A stretch of 64,000 nt of DNA from the NCBI GenBank assembly GCA_963847625.1, contig CAWKAR010000024.1, positions 78,219-142,218 on the forward strand, given 5' to 3'. This stretch comes from a candidate division FCPU426 bacterium. GTDB lineage: Bacteria > Oederibacteriota > Muellerivitia > Muellerivitales > Muellerivitaceae. Position 1 is the first letter of the stretch. Each line of letters starts with the position of its first letter. The notes under the pieces were generated by a model that saw only the letters and a list, made by a program, of their open reading frames with translations, was not told the origin of the DNA and did not search any database. The translations under genes and the position numbers were made by a program. Shown piece after piece: positions 9,817 through 18,614 of the stretch.

Positions 9817-11490
9817 TTAAAGGTAACTGACGGATCTTTTGGGGGACTCGGGTTCGGCCTTCTTGGTTTTCCGGCGGCGCGAGGTTTTGGCGTCTGATTT
9901 CTGTTTATAGTGGAGGATCAATAGGATGCCGGCCACCAGCAGGTACATGATGCCGAACTCCGGGGCGGCCGTGAAACCAAATTTGTTCTGGAGGCCCGTT
10001 TCAGTCAGGCGGTAGGCGTGGATCAACCCCAGGAAAGACAGGACCGAAGCCGCGAAGGTCCACTCACTGGCTTTCAGGAATTTCCTCTCGATCATGTAGA
10101 CCATGATGGCCGCGAAGATCATGGAGGTTAGAAGGAACCCCTGGCTCAGGAAAATCACCCCCCGGATGTAAAGCAGGCTCCCGAATTTATCCGCCGCCGC
10201 GAAAAGCGAGGACCCCGAGATGGCCAGCGTGGGCTCAATCACCATCTGGAGAACGAAGGCCGCGAAGGCGGGGATCAAGCCGAAGGCGACTGCCAGGGCA
10301 TGGGCCTTGGGGATTTCCTGGAAGGCCTGCGCGGTGATGATGATGGCCACCCAAAGCAGGATTCCCAGGATGCATTCCTGCGGGATCACCTTAAGAAACA
10401 GGCTGATGCCGCCGAAAAGGCAAAGCAGGGTGATGATCACCCCGTTCAAGATGGAATAACCGTGCCGGGCGCCCATGGCCTTCCAACCCGGATGACCGAT
10501 ATAGATGGTGGTGGGAAAGGCGCTGCCTAGGAGGGCCGCCGCCAGGGTGGCCACGCCGTTGGTCATGAGGGAGGACTTCGTTTGGAAGCGGTCGCCGGCG
10601 GCCTCGGCGCTTTCCAGGTTCTGAAGGGACCCGATGACGTTAAAGAGACCCATGGGGAAAATGACCGCGAGGTATTTCCAGCCCATGGGGCTCAGGAGCA
10701 GGGCGAAAAGATCGCCTGGCACGGGCCGTGGCGGGTAGAAGGACCATTGGATCGGGTCGGTGGAGACGTTCAAGGGGATCCCGATAATGGCGTGGAAAGC
10801 CCAGGCCAGGAGGGTGCCCAGCAAGACCGCCAGGAACCCCCCGGGCAGGGAAAAGGGCCACTTGATCCGGGAGGAATAGGAGAGAAGGATCATCATCATG
10901 GGCAGAAGGCCGACCAGGGGGGAGGCAAAGATCTGGAAAATGAAACCCATCGCGATAAAGGTGATGGCGATGCCGGCCAGCGCGCAAAGCAGGGCCGCTC
11001 GGGGGGTGTTGCGCCTCAACCAATCCCCCACGAACGCGCCCGCGAATTCCATCACCCCGCTCAGGAAGCACGCGAGGAGGCCGGCCTGCCAGGCCAGCCG
11101 GGAGTCATGGGTTTCCTGGAAGATGGGGGCCATGACCAGGAAGATGAAGGCGATCAGGCTGGGAGTGTTGATGCCGAAGGGAAGGGCAGTTACGTCGGGA
11201 CGGCCGGTGGAGAGGGCCAATCGGCGGGCCTGCCAGGCGTAGAAAAGATTTCCCAGGAGGATGGAAACAGCCGCTCCCGGGAGAATATGGCTGGTGATGA
11301 AATCCCCGGGAAGGCCGCAAAAGGCTTTGCAGAGTCCCATGACCAGCATGAGTTGGAGGAGATTGTCGATGAAGAGGCCGAAGAAACCGTCCAAGTCCCC
11401 CCGGGTGAACCAGGGAAGATACGGGGTTCCCGGTTTAACCCCCGAGCGGGAGAGTGGGGGAGCCGTGGTATTTTCTGGAACGTTCGGCAT
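9817..11490 (-). CDS. NCS2/AzgA-like nucleobase permease
   Basis: GDLDGFFGLFIDN, TALPFGINTP, FPTTIYIGHPGWKAMGAR; about 12 TM. Confidence 0.8.
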   Translation of the reverse strand: MPNVPENTTAPPLSRSGVKPGTPYLPWFTRGDLDGFFGLFIDNLLQLMLVMGLCKAFCGLPGDFITSHILPGAAVSILLGNLFYAWQARRLALSTGRPDVTALPFGINTPSLIAFIFLVMAPIFQETHDSRLAWQAGLLACFLSGVMEFAGAFVGDWLRRNTPRAALLCALAGIAITFIAMGFIFQIFASPLVGLLPMMMILLSYSSRIKWPFSLPGGFLAVLLGTLLAWAFHAIIGIPLNVSTDPIQWSFYPPRPVPGDLFALLLSPMGWKYLAVIFPMGLFNVIGSLQNLESAEAAGDRFQTKSSLMTNGVATLAAALLGSAFPTTIYIGHPGWKAMGARHGYSILNGVIITLLCLFGGISLFLKVIPQECILGILLWVAIIITAQAFQEIPKAHALAVAFGLIPAFAAFVLQMVIEPTLAISGSSLFAAADKFGSLLYIRGVIFLSQGFLLTSMIFAAIMVYMIERKFLKASEWTFAASVLSFLGLIHAYRLTETGLQNKFGFTAAPEFGIMYLLVAGILLILHYKQKSDAKTSRRRKTKKAEPESPKRSVSYL

Positions 11491-11728
11491 GGAAAGAGAC
11501 TAAACGCACCGGGGAATCCGGTCAAGAAATTTCAACCCGTTATTTTCAAAGCCCAAACGGCAATCAGAAGGCCAATATTGTTTCCTGGTAAAGGCGGCCG
11601 AACCGGGTGGAGGATTCCACACGAAAGGTTTCCAGGCTATTAAAAAAAGAAAAGGCTTTCCTGTCCTTGATCCGGCCGTTCTTTTTTTCTGTCAGGTTGT
11701 TTTGCATTTTAAAAAAACGCAGGAGGTC

Positions 11729-11765
11729 TTGACACGGGTTCAGATAATCAGTATTACTGATTATC
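11729..11765 (+). promoter_or_regulatory. sigma70-like promoter overlapped by palindromic MarR operator
   Basis: TTGACA (11729) -17 nt- TATTAC; perfect 11-bp inverted repeat GATAATCAGTA-T-TACTGATTATC (11743..11765) just upstream of marR. Confidence 0.75.
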
Positions 11766-11795
11766 CTTAAGCTGATGAAAAGGATTATCAACTAA

Positions 11796-12302
11796 ATGTC
11801 AACTTCCTTGACCAAAGAAAACAAGGCCGAAACCTGCGGGGGAAAGTGCGATTTTTCGGAGACCCTCCTGAGCCAAATGGGTTTCCTCATGGGGCGGGCC
11901 TCCCAGAAACTGCAGGAATTCCAAGCGGGGGTCTTGGGACCCATGGGATTGATCGGCAAACACCTGGGAATCCTCCTGACCCTCCAGGAAAAGGGCCTCA
12001 TCAGCCAGCAGGAAATCGGCAAGTGCGTGCAAATCGACCGAACCACCATGGTGGACATGATCGACCATTTGGAAAAACTGGGTCTGGTGGAGCGCCGGGA
12101 ACATCCCACCGACCGGCGATCCCACTCGGTGGCCCTGACGGAAAAGGGGAGAAAGACCCTGCAGAAGGCCCGGCAACTGGCCCAGGGGATCCAAACGAAA
12201 TTTTTATCAGTGCTGTCCCCCGGGGAGCAGAAGAAACTTCTTCAGCTTCTTAGGAAATTGGTGTTAACCCATTACGCCCGCAAAACCGCGGGGAAGGGAT
12301 GA
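11796..12302 (+). CDS. MarR family transcriptional regulator
   Basis: ISQQEIG..IDRTTMVDMIDHLEKLGLVERREHPTDRR..LTEKGR. Confidence 0.92.
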   Translation: MSTSLTKENKAETCGGKCDFSETLLSQMGFLMGRASQKLQEFQAGVLGPMGLIGKHLGILLTLQEKGLISQQEIGKCVQIDRTTMVDMIDHLEKLGLVERREHPTDRRSHSVALTEKGRKTLQKARQLAQGIQTKFLSVLSPGEQKKLLQLLRKLVLTHYARKTAGKG

Positions 12303-13663
12303 GGCGCATGAATTGTCGAAGGATTCTATTCGTTTCAATCTTGGCCGCAAGCACGGCGGGTTGGGCCCAGGACCAGCCGCTCCCGGCGGGACAGACCCTG
12401 ACCGTGGAGGAAGCCCAGCAGGAGGCGGTGGAGCGTTCCCCGTTTTACCACCAGGCCCAGGCTGCGGAAAGGGAGGCCTCCTGGGGCCAATTCGAGGCGC
12501 TTTCCCAAGGTTTCCTTCCGCATGTTTCCATCGGCGGAAAATATTTCATGAGCGAAAAATATGGGCAAGAAATGATTGCCTTTCCGGGCTCCGGCTCGAT
12601 CCCTTTCATTGAGAATTTTCCAGTCGCCACCCTGGCTTTGGACGCGCAATATGACCTATTCGACGGATTGCAGAATATCCACAATCTTAACGCCGCCAAC
12701 CATAGGCATGAAGCCGCGAAAATCCTTTCCGACTGGGCCGAATTCCAGCTGAGGGAAAACCTGCGGCTGGCCTTCTGCCAAGCCATGGCCGCCAAGAAGA
12801 TTTCCGACATGGCGGACCAGAACGTGAAAACCCTGGAGGACCACCTTCGCATCGTTAATGACCAATTAGAGAACGGCCAGGCTACCAAGTACGACGTGCT
12901 TCGGGTGGAAGTCCAGCTCTCGGAGGCCAAAACGGACCAGATTTCCGCCCATGACAACGTCATCCTGACCCGGGAGAACCTGGCGCGCGCCATGGGGCTG
13001 AAGAAGGACGACCGTCCCCTCTCGGGGGAATTACCGGTCCTGGACGCCGCCGCCATCATGGCTGACGTCCAAACCGTGGATTTCAAGGACCGCCCCGACC
13101 TGAAGGCGAAGGAACTCCAAGCGCAGGCCGCTTTGGACCAGAGCGCGGCCGCCCATTCCTTCTGGTTTCCCCGGATTTCCCTCATGGGGGAATGCCAATG
13201 GTATGACGCCCAGGATTATTCTTCCTTGAACCCTCCAGTCATTACCAACTCGGGGAACTTCAATAATAGTTATTTTATTGGTGCCGCCGCCACCTGGGAC
13301 ATCCTGGACGGGGGTTTGTCGGTGGCGAAGGCCAACGAGGCCAGCGAGAAGGCGAAGGAATCGAAGGATGACCTGGAAGCCTCCCAATTGGACGCGCCCT
13401 ACAACTACGACCTTTGGAAGCGGCGGCTGGTGTCCAACGTGGCCATTTACCAGGCCAAGCTCACCGACATTGACAAGGCCCAGGAAAGCGTCCGACTGGC
13501 CACACTGGGTTTCAAAGCGGGAACCCGGACCACCACGGACGTCCTGGACGCAGAGCTGGACCTGTTCCGGGCCTCCGCGGGGGTGGTGCAGGCCCAAGTC
13601 TCCGCCATCGAGGCGTTGGTCAACCTGGAAATGGCGGTGGGAAAGAGGATCGGCCATGAGTAA
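12299..13663 (+). CDS. TolC family outer-membrane efflux protein
   Basis: Signal peptide, two OEP repeats, FKAGTRTTTDVLDAE. Confidence 0.88.
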   Translation: MRRMNCRRILFVSILAASTAGWAQDQPLPAGQTLTVEEAQQEAVERSPFYHQAQAAEREASWGQFEALSQGFLPHVSIGGKYFMSEKYGQEMIAFPGSGSIPFIENFPVATLALDAQYDLFDGLQNIHNLNAANHRHEAAKILSDWAEFQLRENLRLAFCQAMAAKKISDMADQNVKTLEDHLRIVNDQLENGQATKYDVLRVEVQLSEAKTDQISAHDNVILTRENLARAMGLKKDDRPLSGELPVLDAAAIMADVQTVDFKDRPDLKAKELQAQAALDQSAAAHSFWFPRISLMGECQWYDAQDYSSLNPPVITNSGNFNNSYFIGAAATWDILDGGLSVAKANEASEKAKESKDDLEASQLDAPYNYDLWKRRLVSNVAIYQAKLTDIDKAQESVRLATLGFKAGTRTTTDVLDAELDLFRASAGVVQAQVSAIEALVNLEMAVGKRIGHE

Positions 13664-14510
13664 CGGGAGGAAAAATTTATTCATTAGGGGAGCCGTTATT
13701 ATCGCGGCGGTGCTGGCCGCGTTTTTCATCGTGCGCGCATACCTTTGGGAATCCACCGACGACGCCTATGTCCAGGCCCATTCCTTGATGCTTTCGGCCC
13801 GGATCGGCGGGACCGTTCAAAAAGTGCTGGTGGACGAGAACGACAAGGTCAAGGCGGGCCAACTCCTGGCGCAAATCGATGACCGGGACTACTCCGCGGC
13901 CTACAACCAGGCGGTGGCCGACGAGGCCTCCATCCAGGCCGACTTGGAGCAGGCCTCGCTTGATTACGAAAGAGTTTCAAAACTTTACAAGGAAGCGGCC
14001 GTCTCCAAACAGCAATATGACGCGGCCCTGGCCCGCTTCCGGAACCTCCAGTCCCGGCTGAAAGCCGACCAGTTCAAGGCCGACCAAGCCAAGCTGAACC
14101 TGGGCTACACCCAGATCACCGCGCCTGAGGACGGGGCCATCGCCAAGAAGTCGGTGGAACCCGGCATGGTGATTCCTCCCGGCCAGGCTTTGTTCGGTTT
14201 TGTGAGTTCCCAGGAACGGTGGGTGACGGCTAATTTCAAGGAAACCCAGCTTTCCCGCGTCAAGATCGGGCAGAAAGTGGACGTCGAAGTGGACGCGCTG
14301 AACGGGAAGAAATTACAGGGAGTGGTGGATTCCATAGGTTCCGCCACGGGTTCCACCTTCACACTGCTTCCCCCGGACAATTCCACGGGTAACTTCACCA
14401 AAGTGGTCCAGCGGGTACCGGTCAAGATCAAGCTCTTGAACCTGACTTCAGAGGCTATCGACCGCTTGGCGGCGGGCCTTTCCGCGGTCGTGGACGTTCG
14501 GGTCCATTAA
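13656..14510 (+). CDS. emrA: HlyD/EmrA family efflux membrane-fusion protein
   Basis: ATG at 13656 overlapping the TolC stop; ESTDDAYV, ANFKETQL, LLPPDNSTGNFTKVVQRVPVKI. Confidence 0.88.
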   Translation: MSNGRKNLFIRGAVIIAAVLAAFFIVRAYLWESTDDAYVQAHSLMLSARIGGTVQKVLVDENDKVKAGQLLAQIDDRDYSAAYNQAVADEASIQADLEQASLDYERVSKLYKEAAVSKQQYDAALARFRNLQSRLKADQFKADQAKLNLGYTQITAPEDGAIAKKSVEPGMVIPPGQALFGFVSSQERWVTANFKETQLSRVKIGQKVDVEVDALNGKKLQGVVDSIGSATGSTFTLLPPDNSTGNFTKVVQRVPVKIKLLNLTSEAIDRLAAGLSAVVDVRVH

Positions 14511-14612
14511 TATTCGGTTGGGATATCAGGCCCGCCTGTGATCGGGTTTAATCCCAAGTTGAATATAAAGGGTTCTTCTTATGAAATCCGAAAAAGGGAT
14601 TCCCCCGAACCC

Positions 14613-14750
14613 GGCATGCCGGGATTCAGCAAGACCCTGACGGACGATCAGGTCTGGAAGCTGGCCCTTTTCCTCTAGCACATGGATTCCTTGCCCGCCA
14701 AAGCGCAGATCGCCTGGAAAGCTATCCCTAGCGCCGCGAATCTGCCCTGA
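14613..14750 (+). pseudogene. C-terminal remnant of a c-type cytochrome with in-frame stop
   Basis: Reads GMPGFSKTLTDDQVWKLALFL*HMDSLP.., a typical cytochrome c distal-Met segment; no CxxCH upstream. Confidence 0.55.
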
Positions 14751-14848
14751 GTGGTTCGATTGGGCTCACCACTGGTTTGTCGAACGGGCCAGTACGCAAG
14801 GCCTGCAATCCAGTTCCTGATACTCAGTAACCCAATTCCGAGCACCCA

Positions 14849-14944
14849 AAACCCATTAAAGGGCCTCAACCCCCTAAACGGAACCGGACGAACCCATTAA
14901 ACGGGGCGGAACCCATTAAACGGAGCCGGGCGAACCCATTAAAC
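14849..14944. repeat. Short degenerate direct repeats AACCCATTAAA(CGG)
   Basis: Four exact AACCCATTAAA plus one variant, spaced about 18-23 bp. Confidence 0.7.
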
Positions 14945-15432
14945 GGGAGATAAACTGCCCACAAACCCAGTGTCATTTGCCGGTAGGGGAGGATAACCCG
15001 CCCACAAATCCAGTGTCATTTACCGGCAGGGGAGGATAACCCGCCCACATTCCCAGTGTCATCTGCCGGAAAGGGAGGATAACCCGCCCACAAACCCAGT
15101 GTCATTTGCCGGTAGGGGAGATAAAGTGCCCACATTTCCAGTACAGGGGAGGATAACCCGCCCACATTCCCAGTGTCATTTGCCGGAAGGGAGGATAAAC
15201 CGCCCACATTTCCGGTGTCATTTACTGGCAGGGGAGATAACCCGCCCACATTCCCGGTAGAATCTGTCGGCGGGGGGGATAAACTGCCCACATACCCGGT
15301 AGACACTATCGGCAAAACCGGTAGACAAGCCCGAAAACCAGTAGACACCGTCGGCAAAACCGGTAGAAAAAGCAGAACCGCTAGAATGCACAGGAGGATA
15401 AACGCCCACATTCTCGATGTCATTTGCCGGTA
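14945..15432. repeat. Degenerate 42/43-bp tandem repeat array (about 11-12 units)
   Basis: Consensus GGGGAGGATAACCCGCCCACATTCCCAGTGTCATTTGCCGGTA; later units drift to a ~21-bp CCGGTAGAC.. period; no unique spacers. Confidence 0.85.
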
Positions 15433-15437
15433 AGGGG

Positions 15438-15531
15438 CCTGTCTACCGAAGCCGCCTGTCCCTCGACCAGTCTTCCGTAGCTTTTAGCGAAGGAAGAAGC
15501 TCGAAGAGCGTAGTGAGATAGCGAAGGTGGG
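15438..15531. repeat. REP-like nested palindromic element
   Basis: CCTGTCTACCGAAGC..TAGCGAAGGTGGG outer arms; inner TCTTCCGTAGCTTTTAGCGAAGGAAGA. Confidence 0.45.
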
Positions 15532-15554
15532 TCAATACTGGTACCACGGGCTTC

Positions 15555-15652
15555 GAGACTGTGTCATAACTCAGTTTTGGACAACCGGACCCATTTATTT
15601 ATTGAAGTTTTGGGCCATGAAGTCTTCAAAAAAGCTTTTATGACACAGTCTC
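15555..15652. mobile_element. 98-bp MITE with perfect 15-bp terminal inverted repeats
   Basis: GAGACTGTGTCATAA ... TTATGACACAGTCTC, flanked by TTC duplication. Confidence 0.8.
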
Positions 15653-15670
15653 TTCGCTCGTGGGGCTCCA

Positions 15671-15859
15671 TTGGACCATGTCCAGCGGAACGGCCAAGTC
15701 AAAACCGGCGCTATGGTGGATGCCTTGGGAAGTCCAAGGCGGACCGTGGTCCGTAACCTGAACAAGTTAATCGCCGATGGGCGGTTGGTCAGGGAAGGCA
15801 ATGGCGCCGGCGCGGTTTACCGGCTCAACAACAACCTGAAAGAAGATAGGTTTAATTAA
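15671..15859 (+). pseudogene. Winged-HTH fragment, probably the C-terminus of a truncated DNA-binding protein
   Basis: VDALGSPRRTVVRNLNKLIADGRLVREGNGAGAVYRL; weak TTG start directly after the MITE/hairpin. Confidence 0.5.
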
Positions 15860-15928
15860 CCATCCAACTGGGTCCGAATTACTTAAAATGTTGTCTGTCA
15901 GCTAGGCCCCATAAATTTACATTGTTGA

Positions 15929-17461
15929 ATGTTCACTATCGTCCGTTGCGGAGCGGGTGATCAGGCACCTTTTTTTTGGTTGAACGTCTCTGAACTTAGT
16001 GGAAGGGCGGTGGGTTGGAACTACGACGACCTCTACCGTTTGATCAACGAGACGGTCACAAGTCCAAAACCAGCCGACCCGACGGGAGGGGTGACCTACA
16101 CCTATGACCCCGTGGGGAACCGGCTAACGAGAAATTCGAGTTTAACAGGCATTTCAAACCAAAACCTCGTATATGACGGTACCGGGGATGATCGGATGAC
16201 CTCGGATGGAGCCTCACCCTCGGCAAATTATAGTTACGACCTCAACGGCTCAGTCACCCAGGCCGGGCCTTCAGGGTCTGTGACGGTTTACACCTATGAC
16301 AGCTTGGCCCGGTTGACAAGTGTTACGGCACCGAGCCTAGCGGAAACATTTATCTATGACGGGGATGGAAACAAAGACAGCCAGACTATTAACGGTGTAA
16401 CCACTAATTTCCTGGTCGATACCCATAGCCTGACCGGCTATGCACAAGTGGTAGATGAAATACAAAATGGAAGCGTAACCCGCACCTACACTTATGGAAC
16501 TAGCCGCATTTCTGAAGACCAATTCAATGGAACAAGCTGGAACTTGAGTTACTTCGGCTATGACGGTCAGGGCTCTGTTCGTTATTTAATGGACTCAAAC
16601 GGAAATATAACTGACCAACTGGACTATGATGTCTTTGGAACGCTGATAAATCAAACCCACGTGGGAACACCAACACCAAATGTTTATTTCTATGATGGAG
16701 AACAATTAGACGAGGATACCGGGAACTACTATTTAAGAGCCCGCTGGATGAATCCTGGAATTGGAAGATTTCAGACGATGGACACGTTTGAGGGTGATCC
16801 AAATGATCCTCTGACATTACATAAATATTCCTTTGGCTCTAATAATCCGGAAAATATGATTGATCCAAGTGGTAATGAAGGAGAAGAAGGTAATCCTACA
16901 ATTAATGTCCAATTACCAAAATGGCCTGCTAATGAAGTTTCTAATGTCATGAATGCAGTGGAGGGGATAGGATGGAATAATCAGCAAATTCAAAATTCTC
17001 TTTATAGAGAATGCGGAGATTTTTTATCTGGGGTTGATGACGTATTCCTTGTTTACCTGGATAAAGCTCACGTGGAAATAAACGACCAAAAATGGTCTCG
17101 AAAATACAATCTGCCACTTCCGCCAGTTCAACCTCCTTTTTTAACAGCTGGTCAACAAAAAGAACTTACTGATGATCCAAATGCTATGGACCGATATAAC
17201 AATATAGGTTTGGCTGTGGCACAAGCAAGGCAGGAAGATAGTAATGGATCTGATCCAACATTCAATGCAATCTATTTCCGTGATAGAACCACCTCTAGTA
17301 AAGTTAACACTGTAGATACAGATAAAAATGGGGTACAGCATATAAATAATTATGATGGTTTTTTACACACGCAAAGACATGTTAAAGGGCTAGAAGAAAA
17401 AAAGGTGCTTATACTCACAAATATACAGATATATGGGCTTGCACTTTCGGGAGGCCATTAA
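15929..17461 (+). CDS. Rhs/YD-repeat core with C-terminal toxin domain (N-terminally truncated, orphan module)
   Basis: YD repeats (YTYDPVGNRL), core YYLRARWMNPGIGRFQTMD, PLTLHKY..NNPENMIDPSG cleavage motif; GC drops in the C-terminal domain; homology begins mid-repeat near 15985. Confidence 0.9.
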   Translation: MFTIVRCGAGDQAPFFWLNVSELSGRAVGWNYDDLYRLINETVTSPKPADPTGGVTYTYDPVGNRLTRNSSLTGISNQNLVYDGTGDDRMTSDGASPSANYSYDLNGSVTQAGPSGSVTVYTYDSLARLTSVTAPSLAETFIYDGDGNKDSQTINGVTTNFLVDTHSLTGYAQVVDEIQNGSVTRTYTYGTSRISEDQFNGTSWNLSYFGYDGQGSVRYLMDSNGNITDQLDYDVFGTLINQTHVGTPTPNVYFYDGEQLDEDTGNYYLRARWMNPGIGRFQTMDTFEGDPNDPLTLHKYSFGSNNPENMIDPSGNEGEEGNPTINVQLPKWPANEVSNVMNAVEGIGWNNQQIQNSLYRECGDFLSGVDDVFLVYLDKAHVEINDQKWSRKYNLPLPPVQPPFLTAGQQKELTDDPNAMDRYNNIGLAVAQARQEDSNGSDPTFNAIYFRDRTTSSKVNTVDTDKNGVQHINNYDGFLHTQRHVKGLEEKKVLILTNIQIYGLALSGGH

Positions 17462-17462
17462 A

Positions 17463-18359
17463 ATGAAAATATTATCTTTTACCATCTTGATTTTATTAAC
17501 GAATCTCGTTTTTGGTCATAACATAATTAATGAAATGAAATATGTGGATTCTGCTCTTAAAGTAACTAGGTTGTTCGACGATAAAAATGAGTATAAAAAA
17601 TTAAAAATAAATATAGATAAAGAAATAAAATTTGATTCCATCCATGGTGGGCACGAAGGCGCATTTTTAATAATTAGAACAGATACAAATCGGGCGTCTT
17701 TTTTGAATTTATATTTTGATGCACAAGATAAAATTACAGTAATGATGGATGCAGACGTTGATATTAAAAAAGATGGGACGTTTATAATTGGCGATCATGG
17801 CGGCCCAATTGAAAGAATCGATGATTCCATTAAAAATTTATTAAAGTGTGTACCAAATTTATTTCTATTGGATATAGAAGTTAAACCAAATATTATTTTA
17901 AAGATGAAAGAAAATTATCTTACCGATAAACAAATAAAAATATTGAAATATATATTTGAAACCTACAGCACTTATCCCCATGGCCGTGATGAAATGGATG
18001 CAGAGAACTGGTCTATATATTGCAAATCCACCAAAAATTTAAAATCCAATCTAAATCAGGATGTTACAGAAATTTTTGCAATCTATAAAATGCCAATAGG
18101 GGTGAGAGGAAATGGTGGCATATTTGGAACTTTTAGCATGGAAAATGATAACAAGATTAATCCAATTTTGTTTGCAGGTATTAATACAGAAGATAAAACA
18201 AATAGGAAATTAGAAGTATTTGAGGATCGTGATACACCGAGAATTGGTAATTTAAAAGAAATTAATAAAGAATTAAAAATAATAAAAGATATCAATCCGG
18301 TTAAGATTCAAATCACTCGAAAAGTTAACCGCCAAATTATTTTGAAACCATTAAAATAA
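17463..18359 (+). CDS. Putative secreted immunity protein
   Basis: Starts 1 nt after the Rhs stop; very AT-rich; signal peptide MKILSFTILILLTNLVFG. Confidence 0.6.
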   Translation: MKILSFTILILLTNLVFGHNIINEMKYVDSALKVTRLFDDKNEYKKLKINIDKEIKFDSIHGGHEGAFLIIRTDTNRASFLNLYFDAQDKITVMMDADVDIKKDGTFIIGDHGGPIERIDDSIKNLLKCVPNLFLLDIEVKPNIILKMKENYLTDKQIKILKYIFETYSTYPHGRDEMDAENWSIYCKSTKNLKSNLNQDVTEIFAIYKMPIGVRGNGGIFGTFSMENDNKINPILFAGINTEDKTNRKLEVFEDRDTPRIGNLKEINKELKIIKDINPVKIQITRKVNRQIILKPLK

Positions 18360-18413
18360 TGATTTCAGGCTATTAATGACTTTTTATAATCAATTGAAAA
18401 AGAAGATGATTTC

Positions 18414-18614
18414 ATGAAACATTTAATGTTTATTTTGATTTTAGTTATTCCTCAAGGGGTGGCCTTAGGGACGGCACTGCCCACACCCGTCAACGTTCAC
18501 ATTCAACGTTCTCCCATGGACAAGATTGTCATCCGTCTCCGACAACAGAATATCCAAATCCAACGGGATTTAAGGGCGGGCAAGCTGACCAAGGACCAAG
18601 CCAAAGCCCTTAAG
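18414..18614 (+). pseudogene. Secreted helical protein gene interrupted by IS1380
   Basis: Signal peptide, RLRQQNIQIQRDLRAGKLTKDQAKALK; frame runs into the IS1380 left end. Confidence 0.55.

Noticed and set aside
8815..11643. Long + strand ORFs 8815..9747 and 10582..11643
   Set aside because: Antisense shadows of GC-rich genes on the minus strand.
13278..13655. Long N-terminal extension of EmrA in the ORF track
   Set aside because: It overlaps tolC in another frame; the ATG at 13656 gives a normal EmrA.
14511..14565. Integron attC site
   Set aside because: It is an imperfect hairpin ending in GTTGAAT, but it lacks a matching RYYYAAC, and there is no integrase or further attC.
14945..15432. 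CRISPR or TIGR-like array
   Set aside because: Units are wholly repetitive, with point variation and no unique spacers; no cas or tas gene is nearby.
15016..15433. ORFs over the tandem array
   Set aside because: They are by-products of the repeat; 43-bp units shift the frame.
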